64,000 nt of DNA from Clostridiales bacterium (GTDB lineage: Bacteria > Acidobacteriota > Aminicenantia > Aminicenantales > UBA8522). Made by a program: the position numbers and the translations under genes. The notes beneath the pieces were generated by a model, which saw only the letters and a program-made list of their open reading frames with translations, was not told the origin of the DNA and searched no databases. Of this stretch, positions 10,020 through 18,546 are shown piece after piece; the stretch's first letter is position 1, and every line of letters starts with the position of its first letter. The stretch is from NCBI GenBank assembly GCA_029907205.1, contig JARYMI010000016.1, positions 959 through 64,958 on the forward strand. The letters are read 5' to 3'.

Positions 10020-10492
10020 TGAAAAAAGCTTTGAAAATCCTGGTTTTCATTTTGTTGTGCGAGCTGGCGGGTATCATCGGCTCCGTTTTTACGACGCCTT
10101 CGATCCCCGGGTGGTACGCAGGACTGTCCAAACCGCCGTTCAACCCGCCCAACTGGGTGTTTGCGCCGGTCTGGACTATCCTTTACGCCCTGATGGGACT
10201 CTCCGCTTATCTCGTTTTTGAAAAAGGCCCGGGGAGAAGCGACGTCAGGAAAGCCCTGGCGGTTTTCGCCGGGCAGCTTGTCCTCAACGCGCTCTGGTCG
10301 ATCGTCTTCTTTGGGGCGCACATGATCCTCGGCGCCGTCGTCGTCATCATCCTTTTATGGGGAATGATTCTCGCGTCGATCCTGCTGTTCTCGAAGATTT
10401 CCAGGGCGGCGGCGTATCTGCTCATTCCCTATATGATGTGGGTCAGCTTCGCGACGATCCTGAATATTTCCCTATACGTTCTCAACCGTTGA
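10020..10492 (+). CDS. tspO: TspO/MBR family tryptophan-rich sensory protein
   Basis: 157 aa, five hydrophobic helices, Trp-rich motifs (PGWYAGL, PPNWVFAPVWTILY). Start at the internal ATG with an aaggagg RBS. Confidence 0.8.
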
Positions 10493-10499
10493 GCCGCTG

Positions 10500-11135
10500 T
10501 CAGAGCGGCAGGTTCATCCGTTTCAGCAGTTCCTGGAATCGCGGCTCATCACGGAGAGCATCGTATTCCCCGCCGTGCACGCGGATCCACGGCAATACGG
10601 GAACACGGTCCCGGTAGCAGGCTTCCAGCAGGTCGAGCGCCTTGCTTTTCTCTCCGAGGGCGGCGTAAATCTGCGCTGTAAACCAGGCTCGCGACGCGTC
10701 CATGTGTTCGGCGATATCCAGCGCCTCCTGTCTCCGCCCGGCGTAGGCCAGCGGCTCCGCCAGGTCGATCTCCACAGCCTCGTGGAGATACTTTAATCCC
10801 CGGTCGATATTCTCCTCGGTGTACTGCGTTATATGATAGATCCCTCTGAGATAAGCCTCATACACCGCAGGGTTCACCTTGCGGGGTGACGAAAAGCGGG
10901 TCTGCTGCTCGGGCGTCAGCAGGACTTTGACTTCCCGCGCCACGCCCTAAACGACCTCGCTTTGCACGCGCAGCAACCGCGCTCCTGCGGCGGAGTCCGC
11001 CAGGGCGCCGGCCCGGTTAACCTTGAGGGCTACGGGACGGTCGAGCTGGATATCGCGCGCCTTCCAGACCTCGCCCATTCCGCCTTCGCCGAGTTTATCG
11101 AGGATCAGGTACTGAGCGATGGTCCGGCCGATCAC
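10500..11135 (-). pseudogene. Remnant of a Ser/Thr protein kinase-TPR gene: kinase N-terminus (62 aa, GxGxxG) and C-terminal TPR tail (147 aa), with the whole middle deleted and the frame shifted
   Basis: ORF 10947-11135 encodes [12 protein letters not shown]...VALKV (glycine loop plus VAIK-like lysine) and then stops. ORF 10500-10943 encodes a TPR-like tail ending RFQELLKRMNLPL, typical of kinase-TPR C-termini. The two are 4 bp apart in different frames. Confidence 0.7.
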
Positions 11136-11341
11136 AGCTTGCCGCCTCCGGACGGGCCACAGAACCGCCCGTCGTCCTGAGAATTCTTTATGATGGAGTG
11201 TCCGAGCGCCAATTTCGCCTCAAATCATCGACGGGAATGATAAATCGGGGCCTCACGGATGTCAAATTGAGCTGAAAGGTGCTTCATTTTGTGAATGAGT
11301 CAAGCTAAGAAAGAACCGGTCGCCGATTAAGATAGGAATGC

Positions 11342-12826
11342 TTATTCCTCGGCGAACGCATCCTTGAGGAGCTGGCTCTGCCGGCTGAAGGCCACCCGCG
11401 GGCTCCTGGTTTCCTTCATCAGCGAGATTTCCTGGGTGACGAGGCGGGCGATGTGCATCGTCTGCGCTGCGGCTTTGCGCGACTCCCTCTGGAAGAGAGG
11501 ATGATCGCGGTTGATATAGACGACATTTCCCTCAGAGAAGCATTCCGGCCCGAGCGGGCCAAAAAAATCGAGGCAGACCGAAACGCTCTCGGTTCCCATC
11601 CGCATCCTCCGGACGATGGCGTTCGGGGTGACTCTTTTGACCAGAGGATGGCGCTTCTTCTTTCTTTTTGGCAACCCCTCCGCCTCCTTCCCCGCCTTCG
11701 CCTCTCGGGGCTTGACTTCTGCTTCTTTTAGGGCCTTGCCTTTAGCTCCGATAACGGCGCCGCTTCCGGCCTCCCCCGGTTCGCCATACTCAATCGGGCC
11801 GAAGGGCGAGAGGTCAGGGTTGCGGGCCAGTGCTTTATGAATGCGCTCGAGGGCCTCGTTGACGGCCCGGCTCGCACGGCGCTGCTCGCTCCGGTCAGCT
11901 TCCTTGCCCAGGGCTTTCCCGATGACACCGACGACTTTTTCCATGATCTTGAGGAATTCCTGGTACTCGCCGGAATCGACGATAAAGCCCGACCGGTCGG
12001 AGGTGATGGGAAGGAAATCGGCGTTGATTTCTCCTTTGACCCGGGCTACCGCCTTTCCCCATGTTTCCATGCCGAAGAGGTCTTTTATCACCGTCGCGCC
12101 CCTGACTTTTATCTCGATACCCAGGTCCTTGAAGTCGGCGGCCGACTTCGGGGTGATGACGATTTCTCCGGTGACGGGGCCATACTTTGTGCCTTCAAGA
12201 AGCGGGATCCTGCGACCGATGATGCTCCGGGGGTAGAGGCGCCTGCCGTTGACGTAAACGGTAAATTCCGGAGCCTTGAGGGGAACGCTTTCCATGAGCT
12301 TCCTCTCCACGTCCTCGACGAGAAACGACTTCGAAAGCCCTGAGAGGATGACGCTCGTTCCATCGCCCCGCCGGGGGTCGGGCGCGAGAATCTCACAGGG
12401 GATATGCCATTCGTCTTTTGCTTCCTCCCAGGCTTTCTTGTCGAAAACAACCCGGGCGGCAAAATCCCTGTGCTGGGTGATGAGCTCGAAACGCGAGGCA
12501 GCAGCGAGGGAAGCGAATTTCCCGATGCCGAACTGGCCGATCCGGAGGCGTCCGAACCGGGGCGAGCGGGAATGGACGACCTTCTCGTCCGACCCGATGA
12601 TAAAATATTGTTTCAGGCCGGCGAGGTCCATGCCCGTGCCGTTGTCGCTGACGGTTATCCGAGCGGGCGAGATTTCGACGCGCACCTCTGTGGCGTCGGC
12701 GTCGTAGGCGTTGTTCACGAGCTCGCGGAGGAGCTCGACGCTTTCCGCGTAGAGGCGCTCGCCAATCGAGACGATGTGGCGCTTGTCGACGGTTACTTCG
12801 AGGCTTTTTTTCTCTTTAACGTCCAT
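11342..12826 (-). CDS. GHKL-superfamily ATPase (Hsp90/MORC-like HATPase_c_3 N-domain) protein, function unknown
   Basis: N-box ELVNNAYDADATEV, G1 box SDNGTGM, G2 box IGQFGIGKF. Basic KRKKKRHPLVKR segment. 494 aa. Confidence 0.6.
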   Translation of the reverse strand: MDVKEKKSLEVTVDKRHIVSIGERLYAESVELLRELVNNAYDADATEVRVEISPARITVSDNGTGMDLAGLKQYFIIGSDEKVVHSRSPRFGRLRIGQFGIGKFASLAAASRFELITQHRDFAARVVFDKKAWEEAKDEWHIPCEILAPDPRRGDGTSVILSGLSKSFLVEDVERKLMESVPLKAPEFTVYVNGRRLYPRSIIGRRIPLLEGTKYGPVTGEIVITPKSAADFKDLGIEIKVRGATVIKDLFGMETWGKAVARVKGEINADFLPITSDRSGFIVDSGEYQEFLKIMEKVVGVIGKALGKEADRSEQRRASRAVNEALERIHKALARNPDLSPFGPIEYGEPGEAGSGAVIGAKGKALKEAEVKPREAKAGKEAEGLPKRKKKRHPLVKRVTPNAIVRRMRMGTESVSVCLDFFGPLGPECFSEGNVVYINRDHPLFQRESRKAAAQTMHIARLVTQEISLMKETRSPRVAFSRQSQLLKDAFAEE

Positions 12827-12997
12827 GACGAACCTTCCCTCTGATCCGATCGCGGGGCTGACGCTCCTTCATCCCGGGACCGGAGCGCCTCAATGATATA
12901 AAATAGCAGGAGATATTTCAACGCCGATCGCAGGGGGAGCATATACAAATCGCCTGTGTTTCTGATACATTATATGAACAAAATCCATGAGTAAAGT

Positions 12998-13088
12998 AAA
13001 AGTGGGGAGAGCATACTCATTTACCTTATTTTTTGGAGAAATTGTGGAGAAATAGGGTAAACGAGTATGCTGTACCCAATTTTGAAGG
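12998..13088. mobile_element. Roughly 90-bp miniature inverted-repeat element (both TIR-like ends, about 30 bp of internal sequence)
   Basis: Left end aaagtggggagagcatactcatttacc (12998-13024). Right end ggtaaacgagtatgctgtacccaattttgaagg (13056-13088), which is the reverse complement of a diverged left end. Confidence 0.65.
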
Positions 13089-14251
13089 CGGCGGCGCTGC
13101 TCCTGGCGAGCGCTCTGTTCTTTTCCCCGCTTCCTCTTTCCTCCCAGGTGTTCGATTTTCATGGCCTCGTTTCCGGCTGGGCCACAGTTTCGGGCGAAAA
13201 AGGCACACCCTTCCAGGCCGGCCTCCGCTGGCTGCCCGCTTTCTCGCTCGTCAAAACCCTTCGCGGCGAAAGCCTCCTGGACGCTGAATTATCCGTAAAC
13301 GCCCGGGGCTCGGTTAACATCCACAGCAGCGATGACATCCGCACGGACGGGAAGATTAGGCTCTACCGCGGCCAGGCCAGGTTTTCCTCGCCCCGGTTCG
13401 AGGCGAGGCTAGGTTTACAGAAAATTAGCTTCGGCTCGGCTGCTTTTCTGCGTCCGCTCATGTGGTTCGACCGCCTCGACCCGAGGGACCCGCTGCAAAT
13501 CACAGACGGCGTCTATGGCCTGCTCCTTCGGTATTATTTTCTCAACAATGCAAACGTCTGGCTGTGGGGACTCTACGGAAACGAGGACCCGAAAGGATGG
13601 GAGTTCCTTCCGACCGCGACAAAACGGCCCGAGCTGGGAGGACGTATCCAGACGCCGCTGGGCAAGGGAGAGCTTGCCCTGAGCTATCACCACCGCCGGG
13701 CCACTGTAGCAGAAAGAGAGTTATTATCACCACCACCACAACTTTCTTCTTCCTTTGCGTCCTCGAACTCAACTGCGATTCCCGAGAACCGCTATGCCCT
13801 CGACGGCAAATGGGACTTCGGCGTGGGCGTCTGGTTCGAGGCCGTCGTCATCCGTCAGCACAACGAACGTCTCCCTTATGCCCGGCAAAGGTCTTTTGTC
13901 ATCGGCGTGGATTACACTTTCGGCCTCGGAAACGGCCTCCATGTCCTCTGGGAATACTTCGAGTACACTTCCGGCGCAAACACCTGGAGCGGCGGGCAGC
14001 AGGCCCGGTTCCTTGCCGTCTCGCTCGCCCACCCCATCGGAATCCTCGACAACCTGACCGGAATCCTCTATTATGACAGAGAGAATCGTGACGTCTACAC
14101 CTTTTTCCGCTGGCAGAGGACGTACGACCGCTGGAACTTCCACCTGATGGCCTTCTGGAATCCTAAGCGCTTTCAAATCTACGGGACCGAGGCCGGCGCC
14201 AACATGTTTGCCGGAAAGGGCATCCAGGTGATGGCCGTCTTCCACTATTGA
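13067..14251 (+). CDS. Putative outer-membrane beta-barrel protein (signal peptide, C-terminal aromatic residue). Its start codon lies inside the repeat end.
   Basis: 394 aa. N-terminal MLYPILKAAALLLASALFF signal-like sequence. Alternating beta-strand pattern, ends VFHY. The first 7 codons are encoded by the repeat. Confidence 0.5.
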   Translation: MLYPILKAAALLLASALFFSPLPLSSQVFDFHGLVSGWATVSGEKGTPFQAGLRWLPAFSLVKTLRGESLLDAELSVNARGSVNIHSSDDIRTDGKIRLYRGQARFSSPRFEARLGLQKISFGSAAFLRPLMWFDRLDPRDPLQITDGVYGLLLRYYFLNNANVWLWGLYGNEDPKGWEFLPTATKRPELGGRIQTPLGKGELALSYHHRRATVAERELLSPPPQLSSSFASSNSTAIPENRYALDGKWDFGVGVWFEAVVIRQHNERLPYARQRSFVIGVDYTFGLGNGLHVLWEYFEYTSGANTWSGGQQARFLAVSLAHPIGILDNLTGILYYDRENRDVYTFFRWQRTYDRWNFHLMAFWNPKRFQIYGTEAGANMFAGKGIQVMAVFHY

Positions 14252-14270
14252 AATGGAAGGTGAACGCAAG

Positions 14271-15110
14271 ATGGAAAACGCGGCTTTGATCCAGACTAAG
14301 GACCTCGTGAAAATCTACCCGATGGGGAGCCATGAGCTCGTCGCTCTCAACAACGTGAACCTGGATTTCAAGAAAGGCGAGTTCGCCGGCCTCGTGGGAC
14401 CGAGCGGCTCTGGAAAAACGACGCTCCTCAACATCGTCGGCTCGCTCGACTCCCCTACCCGGGGAAGCGCCATCGTCATGGGAAAAAAAGTCGAGGAGCT
14501 TAGCCACAAACAGGCTGCCCGCCTCCGCAATTCGCACATCGGGTTCATCTTCCAGACGTTTAACCTCCTGCCCGTCTACACGGTCTTCGAGAATGTCGAG
14601 TTCCCGCTCCTTCTTCTCGGGTTTTCACCGGCCGAACGCAAACGCCTGGTCATGGAAGCTCTCGATTGGGTGAGGCTGGCTGATAGAGCCAGATCCAGGC
14701 CGGCTCAGCTTTCCGGCGGCGAGAGCCAGCGTGTGGCCATCGCCCGGGCCATCGTCAAGAAACCAGCCATCATCTTAGCCGACGAGCCCACGGCCAACCT
14801 CGACGCCGAGAACTCCCACAACGTCCTCCAGATTATGGAAGAGCTGAACCAAGAGACCGGAACAACCTTCATTTTCGCTACCCATGACGAAAAGGTGATC
14901 AGCTATCTGCGAAGGAAGATCACTCTGATCGACGGCAGGGTGGTCCGGGACGAGGTTATGACGCCAGAGCGCCAGCCTGAGGCAAAAGCTCAAGCCCAAG
15001 CGCAGGCGCAGGCGCAGGCTAAGCCCTCCCCGGGGCGGACCGAACAGGCTGAAGAGACAGGAGGACCGGGAGGGACGGGAACGAGAGGAGGGTCAGGAGG
15101 ACGGCGATGA
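14271..15110 (+). CDS. ABC transporter ATP-binding protein (LolD/MacB/FtsE-type) with Ala-Gln repeat and Gly-rich C-terminal tail
   Basis: Walker A GPSGSGKTT, signature LSGGESQRV, Walker B IILADEPT. Start placed at the ATG with a ggaaggtga RBS. Confidence 0.85.
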   Translation: MENAALIQTKDLVKIYPMGSHELVALNNVNLDFKKGEFAGLVGPSGSGKTTLLNIVGSLDSPTRGSAIVMGKKVEELSHKQAARLRNSHIGFIFQTFNLLPVYTVFENVEFPLLLLGFSPAERKRLVMEALDWVRLADRARSRPAQLSGGESQRVAIARAIVKKPAIILADEPTANLDAENSHNVLQIMEELNQETGTTFIFATHDEKVISYLRRKITLIDGRVVRDEVMTPERQPEAKAQAQAQAQAQAKPSPGRTEQAEETGGPGGTGTRGGSGGRR

Positions 15111-16291
15111 AGATTCTCTTCAAGCTGGCTCTCAGGAACCTGCTGGGCGCAGGGCTTCGAACCTGGCTCAACATCGCTGTCCTCTCCTTCGCTTTCGTGG
15201 CCATCATCTGGACCCAGGGTTTTTACCGGGGAATGAGCCGGCAGGCGATTCAAGCGTTGACCGACGCAGAGTACGGGGGTGGTCAGTACTGGCATGAACA
15301 ATACGACCCTTTTAACCCGCTGACACTCGACGATGCCCATGGACGTGTGCCGGAACCTTTACAGAAGCTCATCGAGGAGCGCAAGGCTACGGCTGTTCTT
15401 ATCATCCAGGGAACGCTCTATCCCCATGGCCGGTTCCTGCCTGTAACGGTCAGAGGAATCGACCCTGCTCAGGGAGTCCTCCTCTTTCCTTCGGAATTCT
15501 TGGAGACTGGTGACGGGAACGACGCAGAAATCCCCGCGATCATCGGGAGCCGCATGGCCCGGTCGACCGGCCTCAAGGTCGGCGACACCGTGACCCTGCG
15601 CTGGCGGGACGCGCGAGGCGCCTTCGATGCCCGCAATATCCGCATCGTCCAGGTCATGAGCACGACCGTCCAGTCCATCGACCAGGGGCAAATCTGGCTA
15701 TCCCTCGACACTCTCCGCTCGCTCGCCGGTATGGAGGGGGAAGCTACCCTAATTACGCTGGCAAAAGGAACACCTTTCTTGGAGGAAATCCCGGGCTGGT
15801 CCTACAAGAGCCCGGACGTACTGCTCAAGGACATTCATGACCTCGTCCGGAGCAAGACGCTCGGCGCGACGATTCTCTATATTATCCTCATCCTCCTGGC
15901 CATGCTGGCCATCTTTGACACCCAGGTGCTGTCCATCTTCCGCCGGAGAAAAGAAATGGGAACCTTGATGGCCATGGGCATGACCCGGCTGAAAATCATC
16001 CAGCTTTTCACCATCGAGGGCGCCTTGCATTCGGTGCTTGCGGCCCTTGTCGCGGCTGTCTACGGGATTCCCCTGCTCACGCTTTCTGCCCGGAGCGGGT
16101 GGGCCATGCCCCAGGCCGTAGATAGCTACGGGTATGCCATCGGCGAGAGAATCTTTCCCGTTTACAGCGCCGGGCTGGTCATTGGGACGACGGTCCTGGT
16201 CATGTTAGTCACGACTGTGGTCAGTTTCCTCCCGACGCGAAAGATATCCCGGCTCAAGCCCACCGACGCTTTGCGCGGGAGGATGCCATGA
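15107..16291 (+). CDS. ABC transporter permease, FtsX/LolC-like (4 TM plus large periplasmic loop)
   Basis: N-terminal TM, long periplasmic domain, C-terminal 3-TM FtsX-like block. Translationally coupled to the upstream ATPase. Confidence 0.7.
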   Translation: MKILFKLALRNLLGAGLRTWLNIAVLSFAFVAIIWTQGFYRGMSRQAIQALTDAEYGGGQYWHEQYDPFNPLTLDDAHGRVPEPLQKLIEERKATAVLIIQGTLYPHGRFLPVTVRGIDPAQGVLLFPSEFLETGDGNDAEIPAIIGSRMARSTGLKVGDTVTLRWRDARGAFDARNIRIVQVMSTTVQSIDQGQIWLSLDTLRSLAGMEGEATLITLAKGTPFLEEIPGWSYKSPDVLLKDIHDLVRSKTLGATILYIILILLAMLAIFDTQVLSIFRRRKEMGTLMAMGMTRLKIIQLFTIEGALHSVLAALVAAVYGIPLLTLSARSGWAMPQAVDSYGYAIGERIFPVYSAGLVIGTTVLVMLVTTVVSFLPTRKISRLKPTDALRGRMP

Positions 16292-17565
16292 TCAAGTTCC
16301 TCCTTAAGGGCATTCTCCGCGACCGTTCCCGGAGCCTTTTTCCCTTTCTGACCGTGACTATCGGCGTGATGCTCACCGTCTTTCTCTATTGCTATATCAA
16401 GGGTGCGGAGAGCAATTTCATCGAATCAAGTGCCCGTTTCTCCACAGGCCATGTGAAAATCATGTCCCGCGCTTATGCCGCCGAGGCTGACCAGATTCCC
16501 AATGACCTGGCTTATGTTGGCGTCGAATCCCTGCTCCTCGAGCTGAGGCAGGAGTTTCCGGATATGGTCTGGACTCCGAGAATCCGGTTTGGCGGGCTTT
16601 TAGACATCCCGGACGAAGCCGGGGAGACGCGCTCGCAGGGCACGGTGGCCGGGCTGGCCGTTGACCTTTTCGGGAGCGATAGCCCCGAGCGTCTCATCAT
16701 CAACATCGAGAAGGCCGTGGTGAGCGGGCATCTTCCGCGAAAACAGGGGGAAATCCTCATCAGTGCCGACCTCGCCACGACTCTCGATGTGCGGCCGGGA
16801 GACACAGCGACACTCATCGGCTCGACGATGCACGGCAGCATGGCCATAACGAATTTCACGGTCGCCGGCACAATCCGGTTCGGCGTCACGGCCATGGACC
16901 GGGGCGCCGTCCTGGCCGATATCCACGATATCCAGGAAGCCCTTGACATGGAGGATGCGGCCGGTGAAATCCTGGGGTTTTACAGAGGTTTTATTTATAA
17001 GGATAAGGACGCTGAAGATATGGCCAGCCGGTTCAATGCTCGGCACCACGGGCAGGGGGAGAGCGACGAATTCCTCCCGGTCATGGTGACGCTCAAGAAC
17101 CAGAGCGGCCTTGCCGACCTTCTGGCCATGATGGGGATGTTCTCGTCGGTCGTCGTCCTCATCTTCGTCGCCGCGATGTCCATCGTCCTCTGGAACGCCG
17201 GCCTGATGGGCTCGCTCCGGAGATACGGCGAGATCGGCGTGCGGCTGGCCATGGGCGAGGACAAGGGCCATCTCTACCGTTCCCTGATCGCCGAATCCAT
17301 GCTGATCGCCGTTTTCGGAACGATCGCCGGCACGACCGTGGGCGTGGCCATCGCCTACTACATCCAGGTCCACGGCATTGACATCAGTTCGTTCATGAAG
17401 AGCTCCTCCCTGATGGTCACCGATGTCCTGAGGGCCCAGGTGACGCCGGTGAGCTTCGTCATCGGGTTTCTTCCGGGCCTTGGCGCGACTTTCATCGGCA
17501 CCTCTATCTCAGGAATCGGCATCTACAGGCGGAAGACATCGACCCTGATGAAGGAGCTCGAATGA
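16288..17565 (+). CDS. ABC transporter permease, FtsX/LolE-like (second permease)
   Basis: Same architecture as the previous gene. Start overlaps the previous stop (ATGA). Confidence 0.7.
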   Translation: MIKFLLKGILRDRSRSLFPFLTVTIGVMLTVFLYCYIKGAESNFIESSARFSTGHVKIMSRAYAAEADQIPNDLAYVGVESLLLELRQEFPDMVWTPRIRFGGLLDIPDEAGETRSQGTVAGLAVDLFGSDSPERLIINIEKAVVSGHLPRKQGEILISADLATTLDVRPGDTATLIGSTMHGSMAITNFTVAGTIRFGVTAMDRGAVLADIHDIQEALDMEDAAGEILGFYRGFIYKDKDAEDMASRFNARHHGQGESDEFLPVMVTLKNQSGLADLLAMMGMFSSVVVLIFVAAMSIVLWNAGLMGSLRRYGEIGVRLAMGEDKGHLYRSLIAESMLIAVFGTIAGTTVGVAIAYYIQVHGIDISSFMKSSSLMVTDVLRAQVTPVSFVIGFLPGLGATFIGTSISGIGIYRRKTSTLMKELE

Positions 17566-18416
17566 TGAATCAAGGCAGGAAAAAGGCCGCTCTTGCGGAA
17601 AGGGCTAACTTTATTATTTCTATATTATTTATATATTCTATAGGAATTATAGGAAAATTGGAATCAAGCTTTTGCCTGGTTCTGGAAGGAGAGTCGGCGG
17701 CAGGGAGCAGGCAAACCTCCCTGGATAGCCAGCAAACCCCTTCGGGCGAGTGGATCTTGGGCCGCGTCGATGAAAACATCATCTCGGGGAATAAAATCAT
17801 TGCCTCTCGCATGATCATCCACGGCCGACGCGGGAGCCGCTCTATCGAGGCGAAATCGTGGATACAGGGCGAAGACAAGGCCTTCACGGAGTACCTGGCG
17901 CCAGCCCAGGAGCGGGGAACGAAGATGCTCAAGCTCGGCGACCAGTTATGGACCTACTCGCCCTCGACCGACCGGACCATCCTCATATCGGGCCACATGC
18001 TGCGGCAGTCGGTCATGGGATCAGACCTTTCCTACGAGGACATGATGGAAGAACGGAGGCTCCTCAAAATGTACGAGGCAGCGGTCATCGGTGAAGAAAC
18101 CGTGCTCGACTCTACCTGCTGGGTGTTAGAGCTTAGGGCGAAGACGCCGGACGTCGCCTATCCCTCGAGGAAAATCTGGGTGGATAAGGAGCGGTTCGTC
18201 GTCCTCAGGGAAGAGCGCTATGCCAGGAGCGGCACGCTCCTCAAGACGACCGAAGTCAAGAGCATCGTCAAGGCCCAGGGGCGATGGATTCCAGAGAGGG
18301 TCGTCTACAAGGACGCGCTCAAGGCCGGAGACGGGACGGAATTCATCGTGGATGCGATCGAGTTCGACGCCTCCATCCCTGATTATCTTTTCACCAAGGC
18401 CTCCTTGCGGAAATGA
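17562..18416 (+). CDS. LolA-like outer-membrane lipoprotein-sorting/carrier family protein
   Basis: Follows the two FtsX-like permeases. Periplasmic beta-rich roughly 250 aa body resembling LolA/DUF4292-like proteins. The exact start is uncertain because of an AT-rich N-terminal region. Confidence 0.45.
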   Translation: MMNQGRKKAALAERANFIISILFIYSIGIIGKLESSFCLVLEGESAAGSRQTSLDSQQTPSGEWILGRVDENIISGNKIIASRMIIHGRRGSRSIEAKSWIQGEDKAFTEYLAPAQERGTKMLKLGDQLWTYSPSTDRTILISGHMLRQSVMGSDLSYEDMMEERRLLKMYEAAVIGEETVLDSTCWVLELRAKTPDVAYPSRKIWVDKERFVVLREERYARSGTLLKTTEVKSIVKAQGRWIPERVVYKDALKAGDGTEFIVDAIEFDASIPDYLFTKASLRK

Positions 18417-18417
18417 C

Positions 18418-18546
18418 CAATTGGGGGACAGCATACGTAATTACCAAAATTCCGGTAGCGGAATCCAACAAAAGGCAGGCACCGCCAAAAAGACGCCGGT
18501 GCTTGCTTCAACTGATCAACAGATCGGCAGTCTGCGGCGAAAAAAA
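18418..18546 (+). repeat. Partial copy of the miniature element: left TIR-like end plus conserved internal sequence, no right end
   Basis: ccaattgggggacagcatacgtaattacc followed by ...aagacgccggtgcttgcttcaactgatcaacagatcggcagtctgcggcg. This is about 90% identical to the internal part of 22321-22488. Confidence 0.8.

Noticed and set aside
14960-15010. GCGCAG/GCCCAA hexamer repeats resembling a tiny direct-repeat array
   Set aside because: They lie inside the ABC ATPase ORF and simply encode an (Ala-Gln)n linker. There are no spacers and no CRISPR architecture.
17600-17665. 65-bp strongly AT-rich block inside the 5' end of the LolA-like ORF
   Set aside because: It is most simply the coding sequence of a hydrophobic signal/anchor segment (IISILFIYSIGIIG) or the true start lies downstream. 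There is no repeat or mobile signature.
18220-18546. ORF-track start of the 1149-aa ORF at 18220
   Set aside because: The 5' 327 nt overlap the end of the LolA-like gene and read straight through the repeat element. A signal-anchor start (MKKRLKKAFLVLG) begins at 18547.
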